From Squalus acanthias (lineage: Eukaryota), in the NCBI GenBank assembly GCA_030390025.1, contig CM059432.1, forward strand, positions 49,540,001 through 49,604,000: DNA of 64,000 nt. Reading direction: 5' to 3'. The notes under the pieces were generated by a model. The model saw only the letters and a list, made by a program, of their open reading frames with translations, ran no database searches and was not told where the DNA came from. Both the position numbers and the translations under genes were made by a program. Of the stretch, positions 35,265 to 47,252 are shown piece by piece; position 1 is the stretch's first letter, and each line of letters starts with the position of its first letter.

Positions 35265-36209
35265 TTTTTTTTTTGCAGATGACACAAAACTTGGAAGTAT
35301 AATGAACAGTGAGGACGATAGTGATAGACTTCAAGAGGACATAGACAGGCTGGCAGAATGGGCGGACACGTGGCAGATGAAATTTAATGCAGAAAAATGC
35401 GAATTGATACATTTTGGTAGAAAGAATGAGGAGAGGCAATATAAACTAAAGGGTACAATCCTAAAGGGGGTGCATGAACAGAGAGACCTCGGGGTATGTG
35501 TGCATAAATCGTGGAAGGTGGCAGGGCAGGTTGAGAAAGCAGTTAAAAAAGCTTACGGGATCCTGGGCTTCATGAATAGAGGTATAGAGTACAAAAGCGT
35601 GGAAAGTATGATGAACCTGTATAAAACAGTGGTTCGGCCTCAACTGGGGTATTGTGTCCAATTCTGGGCACCACACATTAGGTAGGATGTGAAGGCCTTA
35701 GAGAGGGTGCGGAAAAGATTTACGAAAAAGATTCCAGGGATGAGGGACTTCAGTTATGTGGATAGACTGGAGAAGCTGGGGTTGTTCTCCTTAGAGCAGA
35801 GAAGGTTGAGAGAAGATTTGATAGAGGTGTTCAAAGTCATGAGGGGTCTGGAAAGAGTAGATAGAGAGAAACTGTTCCCATTGACAAAGAGGTCGAGAAG
35901 CAGAGGACACAGATTTAAGGTGATTGACAAAAGAACCAAAGGCGACATAAGAAAAAACTTTTTTACGCAGCGAGTGGTTAGGATCTGGAATGCAATGCCT
36001 GAAAGGGTGGTGGAGGCAGACTCAATCACGGCTTTCAAAAGGGAGTTAGATAAGTACCTGAAAGAAAAACATTTGCAGGGCCATGGGGAAAGGGCAGGGG
36101 AGTGGGACTAGCTGAAGTGCTCTTGCAGAGAGCCGGCACAGGCTCGGCGGGTTGAATGGCCTTCTTCCGTGCTGTAACCATTCTATGATTCTATGATTCT
36201 ATGATTCTA
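35265..36209 (+). mobile_element. 5'-truncated CR1
   Basis: FADDTK through to the C-terminus; tail (ATTCTATG)n; TSD taaggt (35259-35264 and 36210-36215). Confidence 0.93.
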
Positions 36210-37200
36210 TAAGGTGGTCCCGGAACCCATGGTGTCAAGTGCTGCATCTTCAGGATGACCAAATTGTGATGTATGCAGCAGACCACCACAAAATGGGACA
36301 CCTGCGAGTACTGGAGGGCACCTCCCGAGTGGTCAAGGCAGCAGAACCGTTGCTTGAGCACCCCGATGGTCTGCTCAATGACATTCCTCATGGCAGCATG
36401 ACTGTCATATATGAGTGCTGGGCACGAGAGGTGGGGTTGCGGAAGGGAGTCCTCAGCCAGGTGCAGCGCGGATAGCCCTTGTCTCCGAGTCAGCCACCCT
36501 CGGGTTTGACCTGGTGGCTGGAAGATTGCTGACAAACTGGACTGGTGCAGGATGAAGGCATCATATTTGCATCCAGGATAGCGGGCATTCACCATCATGA
36601 CATGCTGGGCGTGGTTGCACAACACCATTAAGTGAGTGGTAGCCTTTGTGGTTACGGAACATCTCGGGATTTCTATACGATACCTGCAAAGCCACGTGTG
36701 TGCAGTCAATGGCGGCCTGCACCATGGGAAGCCCGCTATCCTGGCAAAGCCACATGCGTGCTTGTCCTGCTTGTCTCTTTTCAGAGGGACGACATTGAAG
36801 TCCCTTCTCCTGGAGTAGAGAGCCTCTGTGACTTCCCGGATGCAGCGATGGATGGCGAACTGGGAGATGTTAGCTACGTCACCTGCTGCAGACTGGGAAG
36901 ATCCGGTGGCGAATAAATTGAGGGCCACGGTGACCTTAAGGGCCACTGGGAGAACCATCATCACCCTGCTCTCAGGCTGCAGGTCTGGTTGCAGGAGGTG
37001 GCAGAGTTCTGTGACCACCTCCTTGGTGAAGCTGACCCTCCTAATACACTGCTCCTAAGTGGGTAAGACCTCCTGCTGCGAGCTCTCCTGCCCCTCCTCC
37101 TCCTCCCTCTGCGAGCATCTTCTCCTCTTCTTTGCTGCCTTCGCTCCATCTCCCTATCATACTCGAGTGCGAGGGGGACTGCAAGTAGAGCTCCCATGAT
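36210..37200 (-). pseudogene. Harbinger (HARBI1-like) DDE transposase pseudogene
   Basis: LPVALKVTVALNLFATGS, AIDCTHV, NHKGYHSLN, ARYPGCKYDAFIL, RNVIEQTIGVLKQRFCCLD and CCIHHN, with frameshifts. Confidence 0.9.
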
Positions 37201-39869
37201 TGAGAGCACGTGGTCTGAACAGAACCCTTTAAATGAGAAGCAAGGCATTCTCCACTTGCAGCAACACTCACTGCGACATCAGAAACTTTAAACTTAGACA
37301 GAACCAGTAGAACTGAAAAAGGAAGTCAGCTGCAAGTTGTTGATGATTCCTTTAAATAGCACTACTGGTGGCTCCTTCCTGCTGCTGAATGCATGGTCAG
37401 CTGGTCATGATTAGGAGAGGGCGTTAAATGGAGCGACAACATCCAAAATGGCAGATCGTGCATCTAATCAGCGTTGCACTCATTGATGTCACGATCTCCC
37501 TAATCTAAATATCTGGACCGAGCAACGGCAGTGCTACCGACCTCCCCAAAATGGCGGCCACCGCGGGACCCACCGGAAGCAGGCGGAAGTGAGGCGGCCG
37601 CCATTGTTTCTTCCAAACCGGCCTTATCAGCCACACCAAACCCCCGACTGTCACGGCCTTGATGTGACTGTTCTGCTGCTGTTAGATGGGTCTGGCAGAC
37701 AGAATGGAAAAAGAGTTGGTTTCACACTGTAAACTTGGCAAACTGTTTAGAAGAAATTGCTGGGATGGAGAGCAGGGTAGTAATATACTGGGAATTATAA
37801 CTGCAAATTCTGAGATGTTCGAGGTGTCTTGAATGTGATCAGAATTTCCAACTTTTCTCTAGCATCCATTGACTTTTTTTTCCAATCGTTGTGGAGCAGA
37901 GTCCTGTGTGAGGCATATAAATGATTCCTAAACAATGCTATATTGTTTATAAAGGTATTCTTCCAGCAAACAGCATTTCATTAGTACCCATACAGAACTG
38001 AAAAATTACTGCTTTGAGGAAAATATTAGATGAGAGCTCTTTAGTGTGCTGTTCTTTAAATCAATACCTTTGCATGTTTGAATAAAATAACATGTGTGAT
38101 AATGATAGAGCTGCTGCAACATAATTTTCAGCAGATCAAGTTATGATTTCACAGGGAAGCAAATTCGCACTAATAGCTCCGGTATGAAATTCACAAATAA
38201 TAAACATATGATCATCTAAACCCTTATTATCCCAACTATGTATTCTTCAAACTCAATTTCTATCTTCTGTGCAGTGTACATACATAATATGAAAATGAAA
38301 TGCAATTGTTTGAATATCCAGATTAATTCTTTGTCTCTCTTAGGATAATTGGATGTCCACTGAATATTAAAATATTTATTGCATTTCTTTTATCATTTAA
38401 TTTTATCCCAAGTGTCAAAGATGCATTTTTAAAGTGAAAACTAGCCAAGCATTTGGTGAACAAAGAGCAAAGGAATTCTGGAATCTAATCGGTAGATAAA
38501 CTGGATGAGAGACAGTGCTGTAGCTGATTGTGTATGGAGAGAAAGCGTCTGCAATGTTTAACAGCTTGAGTGGAGAGCTATCATCATGCTGAGGTGGGTT
38601 TGATTTCATTATCATTTCCATGCAACTGTTGTACCTGGCCTCTATTCACAAAGGGCAGAAGCTCGGTATTATTAGATAGCCTAGGTTGTGTCAATCACTA
38701 ATCCCTAGACCAATTAAGCTTTGACACCACCAGCACGCAATTTACCATTGCTTTGAGACTTTCAACAGCAGTATAAGTTGGAATGAAAACGATTCTACAT
38801 CAACAAGATGAATTTCCTCTGCTACTGTATTGCCCAATGGGTTAACAACCGCATTAAACTAATGTACAAATTTGTTGCAAAGAGAAAATGGTTGTGCACT
38901 GTGCAACAGTACCATTCTTCAGGAAAGTATATGTTTTACAACTTATGCCACAATTTACTATTTTTTTGCTATGCTATCATACACTGTCACGTACACTATA
39001 AAGCCTTCTACCTGCTTTAAGAAAGGGAAGTGTGCGGCACAAAACCTGGTCCTGGTTTTGCGTATCTGTGTTGCATCGTGTTGACTTTGTGCTAAAATAT
39101 GTCACCAAATTCTATAGTGATGAGTCCCAGACAGATACATCCACTCCCGGGTGTGCTTAATGAGTGAGTTGCAAGAGCAGGAGGAAACACTTTGTGAAGC
39201 ATGAAACATGAGTGTCTGGAAGCAAGTGCTGGGAACATCTCAGGGCTTAAAGGCTCCTTCAGCTGTTGAGCCGAGGGATTTTCACCTCACAGGGCCTGCC
39301 TAAAATAGAACTTTGGAAGCTCAGCTTCAGCACTTTGTGGAATAATTTGAGAGTAATCCAAACTATACAGTTTGGCAGCATTCTGCAAAGGAGCCCACAA
39401 CCCACATCTCTGCATTATACCTGACCCACTGCAGACCACTGTAAAGAAGATATTGGCCAAGACATTCAATTGCACCCAAAAATGATGTCATTGGTTCCAC
39501 TTAAAGGCGGCTTGTTCCTCTTAAAGCAAATCTTGCTTGATTGATTGTCTTCAGGGATCTGAGAGGAAGTTCCCATAGTATGTTCCTAAATTTGCCTAAT
39601 ACTTTTTGTCTTATTTTTGGCTCCGATATTTACTGGGGCGGGATTTCCAAGCTGGGGGGGAGGGAGGAGTTTCCTGAACAATGCACAGTGTGCATTTTTT
39701 TTAACAGGTTCCCCACCTGGAAGCCAGCCTGATTGATAGGCTTGGCTCCTTGTCGGGCAGGAAACGGTGCAGAAGAGGCCACGCAGCTTCATAAAAAAAT
39801 TTAAATGAGCAACCTGTCTTTTGGGAGCGTGTTGGTTGCACGCTCCCACCCCACGGGACGCGAGTGTAC

Positions 39870-40125
39870 AGGGGTGTAACATTTGCAAACCTCCAGTCCT
39901 CTGGCACTGCTCCCATATCTATGGAGAATTGGAAGAATCTCCACCCTTACTTCTCTCAGCAAGCTAGGATGCATCCCATCCGGACCAAGTGACTTCTTCT
40001 TCAGTGAGTACAGATGCAAAGCACTCATTTAGTACCTCCACCATGCCCTTTGCCTCTACAAGATCTCCTCTTTGGTCCCTAATCGGCCCCACCCTGCCTT
40101 TAACTACCCTTTTACTAGTTATAGC
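39870..40125 (-). mobile_element. CR1 internal fragments
   Basis: RVGPIRDQRGDL, GPDGMHPSLLRE and GAVPEDWRFANVTPL. Confidence 0.75.
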
Positions 40126-40146
40126 CCATCTTCCAACTTCCAAAAA

Positions 40147-40647
40147 CTTAAGCTCATGCAAAACTCTGCTGCCCATATCCAAGTCCCGTTCACCCATCAC
40201 CCCCGTGCTCGCTGACCTACATTGGCTCCTGGTTAAGCAACGCCTCAATTTTAAAGTTCTCATCTTTTTTTTCAAATCCCTCCATGGCCTTGCCCTTTCC
40301 TATCTTTGTAAACTCCTCCAGCCCTACAACCCTCCGAGATCTCTGCGCTCCTCTAATTCTGACCTCTTGCGCATCTCTGATTTTAATTGCTCCACCATTG
40401 GCGGCCGTGCCTTCAACTGCCAAAGCCCTAAACTCTGGAATTCCCTCCCTAAACCTCTGCACCTCTCTACCTCTCTCTCCTCCTTTAAGACACTCCTTAA
40501 AAGCCACCTCTTTGATCAAGCTTTTGGTCACCTCCTAATCTCTCTTTATGTGGCACAGTGTCAAATTTTGTTTGCTAACGCTCCTGTCAAGCGCCTTGGG
40601 ACATTTTACTACATTAAAGGTGCTATATAAATGCAAGTTGTTGTTGT
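40147..40647 (+). mobile_element. L2-type LINE 3' fragment
   Basis: SPITPVLADLHWLLVKQRLNFK...GGRAF...PKLWNSLP...FKTLLKSHLF, with a (gtt)n tail. Confidence 0.88.
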
Positions 40648-41339
40648 AAATCAGTACAATAACAACATTTACTGGCCAAGCAGACACAGATGAGCTGTAG
40701 TAAAGCTCAAAGAAACTGCCAGGAAGTCTCCAAAATGTTCTTTACGTTCCTTCACCAACAACAGTAGAGAAACAGTGGCTTACAGACACACCAAACAGAG
40801 CAAGGACCTGGCTGATGGGCACCTTGCGTGTAACGAGCCTCGTGCACATTTGGTGAGCAGGCTTCAAATGCCTGAGGTGCTTTCAGGTCACATTATTGAG
40901 TGTTGTGTACATTGAGCACTAAAGATCAGATTATCAGTCCCTATAAGTTTCACTTCCTTTCAAAGGTTGTTACTATTCTGTACAGATTGTACTCCCAGCC
41001 GACTGGCAGCCAGAAGAAAACAGCGGCCCAGGGTATCCACAGTCATCTGGGCGGTATTTCTGTATGTCATTCATGTTGCTGGTCCTCTGGTAATGTGGGG
41101 AGGCGGGGTGGGTGGGGGCACCAAGGCAAATTACTCCGTGCTCCTAGTAGGATGTCATGCTCACTTGAAACATGAGTTGCAGAATTGAGGCTTCAGTCTT
41201 GTAGCTCCATCTCTGACCCACATTACTTTGGAGCATGGCATCCCTGATTGCAGGATTGCAGAATTTACACCACCCTTTCTTCAGGTAGGTCTCTTTGTTG
41301 CCAATGCTGCCTTGTTTATGTTACTGTGCTGCCATAGTA

Positions 41340-41715
41340 AGAAAGAAAAAGAACTTGCATTTATATAGTCCCTTTCACATCCACAGGATGTCCCAAAGCA
41401 CTTCACAGACATTTAATTACTTTTTGAAGTTTATTCATTGCTGTAATGCAGGCAAACATGGCAGCCAATTTGCACACAGCAAGATTTTGCAAATAGGACT
41501 AAGATAACTGACCAGATAATCTGTTTTTAGTGGCGTTGGTTGAGGAATAAATGCTGGCGAGGACACCTGTCCTGCTCTTCTTCCAATCGTGATGGGGAAT
41601 CTTTCACAGCCACCTGAGCAGGCAGACAGAGCATCAGCTTCACATCTCATTCGAAAGATGACTCTTTGGCTAGTGCAGCACTCCCTCAGTACTGCACTGA
41701 AGCATCAGCTTAGTA
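41340..41715 (-). mobile_element. SINE (family of 27441-27915), headless and diverged
   Basis: Reverse-complement similarity to the SINE body and tail. Confidence 0.75.
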
Positions 41716-41717
41716 TA

Positions 41718-42660
41718 TGGGCTGAATTTTCAAGCCACCTACTCGACGGAAACAGGGTGGTAGAATTGCAAAAATGGTGGGGAATGACTTAGCGCACAGT
41801 GCACATTCTGGGCAGTATCAGCTGGTGGCCGGCCCAAGAGGAATCCGAAGGTAAATCCCTTTCTATTTTTGTTGGGCCAGGAGAAACACTCTTGCTCCTC
41901 CAGGCTCCACAAAGCCAGCCTAGACCACTGCCACACCCTCTCTCACCCATCTTCCAGAGATCAGTCTCCCCACCCCCCAACCTCCCTGCCAAGTAACCTA
42001 CTTTCCTCTGGCTCAAAGGCTGGCTGGGCCAGCTGATATTGCATGGTCTAGATCTGGCAGACTGCCCTGGGGGACTCGATCTCAGGCCACAGCTCATCGT
42101 ATCAATGCTAATGAGGCCCAGCCATCAAAATAGACTGGACTTCCTGCTGGGGCTATTGGCCAGCTGGCCAGCACATTCTGCCGGCCAGCCACCCAAAGTC
42201 CGCTTGCAGGGGAAAATCAACTCTATCAGGGGAATTTTAACCCCAAAAAATGGGTAGGTTGGGGTCGGGTAAGTTAAATCGTTAAAAATCTAAATCCCAA
42301 CAGGAGGCGGGATGGGGAGTGGGCAGCCAACCCGCTTCCAGGAGGCAGGTTGGCACTTTAAATATGATAATGAGGCTGGAAGCCTCAGATTTAACCTGCT
42401 GTGCAGGTTTAACTGTGGCCGGCCGGGGTTCCCTTGGGATTCCTGGCAGCTGCAGCGAGGCGAAGACAGCCTTGGGGAGCAATCCTTGTGGGCCAGGAGG
42501 AGCAGGAGAGCTCCCGGCCCCCTAAGCTCCCCCACCATCAGCCCGCTCCCATAAAATCCCCCTCCCCCCGGGGTTTGGGATCGGACACCCCTGGGGTCAG
42601 ATATTGGACCCCCCTCGGGATCGGACCCCACCCCCCCACTGGTTCGGGGAGCGGGGAGAA
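41718..42660. mobile_element. Two adjacent Harbinger-type non-autonomous remnants
   Basis: First spans gggctgaattttc...gaaaatcaactc (~41718-42222); second starts ggggaattttaacccc (~42228) and matches the 14258 element. Confidence 0.5.
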
Positions 42661-42723
42661 GGCTGTCAATTTTCCTAACAACAGCATTTATTTGGGTCAA
42701 ACCTAACACATCAGGGAAACGGA

Positions 42724-44397
42724 GGGCTCGATTTTGCCAGGCCCGAGAAGGCGGGATTGGTGGCGTTTGAGGTGGTAAAATCGCAAAAAATGGCATGCGG
42801 GCCCTATCCCGCCCCATTTCCGTCCCGCCTTTAAGGCCCTTAACAACCACTTAATTGCTTCTATAATCCAATTTTGAGAGGCCTTTCTGATTTTTAGACA
42901 TTTCCCCCATCCTACACGCCTCCTCTGGAACACGCCAGGTAATCCTGGCGGCCTCACAAGTGGATTGCTTAGTAACAGCTGCAGCTCCACCATTAAAAAG
43001 GAGTTTTCAGCAATGATCATTTGCAGGTGGCAGAACTTTGTTGTCTCAGGTCTGGGGGAACTTTTAGCAGGCCTACTCATTGTTGTGGATGTTTGGAGCC
43101 TGAGACCCATCTCCAGTGTGACCTCCTGGGAGACCCCTCTCGCCACATTTATTTCCTTTCTCCTGGACATCAGATTCAGACAAAGACCAGCCATGGCAGC
43201 AGCTGAACCCTGAACAACAGCAGCACCAACAGCAGGAGCAACAACAGGAGCGCCAAGCTGCTGCTCACCCACCTGAAACTGCACAGGCCAGAAGGTGCCA
43301 GAGCGCGACCACAGTGCTGCCCGGGATGCAAGGGACGCACTCATGTTGGCCAGATTTGCTTAGCCTGCACAATCAAACACTTTGCCTCACACCTTCTTAC
43401 CAGAGCATTGACAATGGACAAGAACCTACGGATTCCTATCACTCTGACCACCATACTGACAATTGCAAATCGCTCTAAGCCCTCAATGTGGAAGTCCCAT
43501 TTGCGAAATGACACAGGCCACAACTTCAACAGATTGCCATCAGAAATTTTTATCACAACAAGCAACTGATGGCATTTCAAAAATATACACAACATAACAC
43601 CCAAGTGAGTACCCTTGTGGCTACTTGTGCATTATCTTCCTCTTACGGGTGCTCCGACGTGTTGCTTCCCCTGTGGCTTCAGCAGATGTGGAGGCCCCTT
43701 GCTCACTTTCTTCCTGCACGTGTCTCAATGCCTTTGGCGGCAGTCCTCTGGGGTTGCGAACATGTGAGGGCTCGGCAACAGTCTGCTGCTCTTGCGGCTG
43801 TGCAGGGGATGAGATGTCCATCTCAGTCGGGTGAGGACTCTGGTGGGGCTCTGACCGAGGGCTTTGCAGTGGCATGGTCGTTTGAGCGCTTGGAGAGGAG
43901 TCCCCACTTCCTTGTTGTCTGCCACCAACATCCATCTCATGGGTCAGCCCCACTTCAGAGCTAGCAAGTGGCTTGACAGCACTTTGCTGCACTTCAGGGG
44001 GGCCATGAGGTCCCGTTTCTGCACTGGAAGTCCTACTCCAGAGGACTTCCATGAAGGTCTGGTTTCTATGCTCAATAGCTGACCATCGCTCCTCAAGAGA
44101 TGTCATTCTATTCTGAACAATGACCATGTTTTCAACACTCTGACGACTTAGCTCCTCCATGGCTGTAGCCATCCTCTCCTCTACCGTAGCGATCCTTTCC
44201 ACGGAGGTTGCCATCCTTCCGTGGTGATGCGTTCATGCGCCAATGCCTCCAAAAAGGCTCTGTTCATGTTCGCGATGGAGTCCTCCATTCGCTCCACAAT
44301 CGCAGCGACCCTGGTAAATGCAGTCCTTCATACAATTTCCAAAGTGTTTCCAGTCTCCAGAAGAAGCAAGGCTGCTTGCAGGTCTTAAATCCAGCAG
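42724..44397. mobile_element. Harbinger deletion derivative related to 45269-49501
   Basis: Left end gggctcgatttt; fused transposase ends at ~43145-43363; Myb-gene last-exon homologue at 43621-44214 (minus) ending RRSTRKRK. Right boundary uncertain. Confidence 0.8.
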
Positions 44398-44399
44398 CA

Positions 44400-45115
44400 T
44401 TGATGACGTCATCGGGACATCAAAGCCCGGAGATTTCCAGGGCCACCTCCTCCCAGGCGGTGAGCTGGGCTACTGAGGGCGGCAAAGCCGCCTCCGTGCC
44501 CTTTTGCCAGAGGCGGGAAGATGTGCAGCTTCGGGTCCCGTCTCCTGGAGGCAGGAAAGGCATTTAATCCGGGTAGCCCACACTTCAGGGCTAAAAATAG
44601 GGATTAGGCAACAAACTGCCTGTTAACTACCTGTTAACGGGCAGTTAATTGTCACTAATCCCCTTCCTGCCTCGGGGAGGCGGCTCCCAGCACAGCTCAG
44701 GTACCCGCCTCCAGCGAAACTGGCATGGAGGCGGGTTGGGGGCGGGATGCGTTCGGGACCCCCGAATCTGCTATTTTACCCCCCCACACGCCTCCAAACC
44801 CGCCTCCACGGGTCAATGAAAATTCTGCCCAAGGACTCATTAAACTAAAGAGAATGTCAGGGTTTGACAGCTTCACAGAGCTGTCAAACGCTGACAATTC
44901 TTCTTTCAAGAAGTCTTGACAGATAGCACGTCTGACGTTGACGTGATCTGTCAGTGACTTCCTCCCTAATTGGCCTGCTGAGCCCGCAGGGCGGGCTTAA
45001 CAAGCTCAATCAGGGGAAAATACCTCTGGTTGGTCAGGCAAGGATGGAGGCGGGACATTGACACGACAAGCAGCTGTCCCGCCTCCAACTCGCCTCCATT
45101 CACAAAATCCAGCCC
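44400..45115. mobile_element. Rearranged ends of the MITE family seen at 56642-58241
   Basis: 44570-44830 is the reverse complement of 56642-56900; 44835-45115 resembles 58000-58241. Confidence 0.7.
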
Positions 45116-45786
45116 GCTATGTATTCCTTTAAATGGTCCCTTGTAGGTTTTGTTAATATGCAAACAAAATCATTCCATTATATAGAACTTTGAAATGTAA
45201 GTCATATAGTTACTAACAACAATAAACCCTGTTACATAACTCATTTCCTTTTCTGAACATAAACCATTGGGGGCGATTTTCCCAGCCCTGAGGAGGCAGG
45301 TTTGGAGGCGGGACAGTTGGTAAAATTGCAAAAAGTGAGTGCGGGTTCGGAACCCGCCTCCGCACAACTTTGCCGGAGGCAGGGCTTCAGGAGTGTGATT
45401 TGGTCCCGCCTCCAAGAGGTGGGATAGGCAGTTAAGACCCTTAACAAGCACTTAAGGGCCTCTGTAATCCTATTTTGCCAGCCCGTTGTTATTTTGCCAC
45501 ATTTACAGTGTGTTGCATGCCGCTCCTAAACCACGCCAGCTAATCCTGGCGGGTTCACAAGTGGCTGGCCTCCTCATAGCTGCAGCTACACAATAAAAAC
45601 GGAGCTTTCAACAGGAATGAGTTAGAGGTGGCAGAACTTTTGTTGCACAGGTCTTTGAGTACTTTTTCCAGGCCTACTGAAGTCAGAGGTGGTGCAGCGG
45701 AGATCTATTTACTTTGGGACCTCCTGGGAAAACCCTCTCCCCACTTGGACTTAGTGCTTCTCCAACGGAGGTATCTACCAGCAGCA

Positions 45787-46995
45787 TGGGAAACATTTAT
45801 TTCCTTTCATCACGGACCTCAGATTCGGACAAGGAGCAGCCACGGCAGCAGCAGAACCAGGCAGAACAGCAGCAACAGCAGCAGGAGCGCCAACCTCCTG
45901 CTCACCCACCTGATGCTGCACAGGGCAGAAGGCGCCAGTGCATGGCAGCACGTTCGCCGCAGGAGATACCCCCCTCTCAGGGTTTACAGACAGAGGATGA
46001 GCTTCCTCAACATGAGTGAGCAGCAGTGCCAAAGGAGGCTGAGACTTTCGCGAGAGGTAGTCGGTGACATCTGCACAATGCAGTCCCAAGACCTGGAGCC
46101 CAGAGGATCCGGTGGACACTCCTTACCAGTGGCTGTCAAAGTCACCACCGCACTCAACATTTTTGCTTCAGGCTCCTTCCAGGGATCATCAGCAGACATC
46201 AGCGGCATCTCCCAGTCAGCCACGCACAGTTGCATCACGCAATTTACTGGTGCCCTCTTCGCAAAGGCGCACAATTACATCAACTTTTCAACTGATCAAG
46301 CAGGTATAATCGTGCGTGCGGTTGGATTCGCAAATATGACAGGCTTGCCAATGGTGCAGGGCATCATAAACTGCACACATGTGGCCCTTAGGGCACCCAT
46401 CACAACCCAACTAATTTTGTCAACTGCAAGGGCTTCCACTCCCTCAACTTACAGCTGGTGTGTGACCGCAAGAAGGAGATTTTTGCATGTTTATGCCAAG
46501 TACTGTGGCAGTTGCCATGACTCGTTCATCCTGCAGCAGTCTAATGTGCCTCCGCTCTTCAATCTACCAAACCAACTTAACGGATGGCTACTTGGAGACG
46601 TGGCTAATGATGCCGATCAGGAGGCCAGCGAACGAAGCTGAGGAGCGCTACAACGCCAGCCACATTTCGACCAGGTCATCATCGAACAAACCATCAGCTT
46701 GCTGAAGATGTGATTCAGATGCCTTGACCGATCAGGTGGAGCCCTGCAGTACTCAGCAGCCACGGATTCCAGAATGGTCGTGGTCTGCTGTGCGCTGCAC
46801 AACACCGCACAGCATCGTGGCTTGCAGCTTCATGAGGAGCAAGTGGCTCAGTACATAGCCTCCTCAGATGAAGAAGAGGAGGAGGAGGAGAATGATGACC
46901 GAGCAGAGGCGCATCAATCATCAGAAGCAGCAGCACGCGAGCACATTGCTGGCCGTAATGCAAGGGATGCACTCATCTTGGCCAGATTTGCTTAG
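45787..46995 (+). pseudogene. Harbinger (HARBI1-like) DDE transposase; frameshifted, first catalytic Asp reads as Asn
   Basis: Q-rich N-terminus; LPVAVKVTTALNIFASGSFQ, GIINCTHV, NCKGFHSLN, GSCHDSFIL, WLLGD, IEQTISLLKM*FRCLD, CCALHN; ends ARDALILARFA*. Confidence 0.92.
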
Positions 46996-47252
46996 GTTGC
47001 CCATTCTAGCAAATGTGCTTGGCTCCTTCTTAGCACAAGATAGAAAATGGACATGACTTTCGGGCTTCCTCTCACTCTGACCACCAACCTGACCAAGCAA
47101 GTCTCGCTGAGGCCGCAATGTGGAACTTCCAAAACCAAAATCACAGAGGCCATAACGTCAACAGTTTGCCATCACCAGAGTTTAATACATTGACAAAGGG
47201 ATGGCATTTAATTATTAAACACAAAAAAACACCCAAGTGTCTGCCCATGTGA

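Larger units (their letters stand above)
33995..37658. mobile_element. Decayed two-gene Harbinger element interrupted by a CR1
   Basis: Myb-gene remnants on plus (34281-35200), transposase on minus (35210-37200); ggcc-type termini, degenerate at the right end. Confidence 0.75.

Noticed and set aside
37660..39630. Longest apparently unique, AT-rich stretch (similar ones at 50170-51090 and 60800-62340) as possible host exons or conserved elements
   Set aside because: No convincing ORF, splice pair or motif by eye; cannot be judged without multi-species alignment.
45628..46641. 337-aa ORF as a functional host HARBI1 gene
   Set aside because: Flanked by TIRs, changes frame relative to the transposase, has the catalytic D read as N, and its C-terminus is in other frames; it is a transposon pseudogene.
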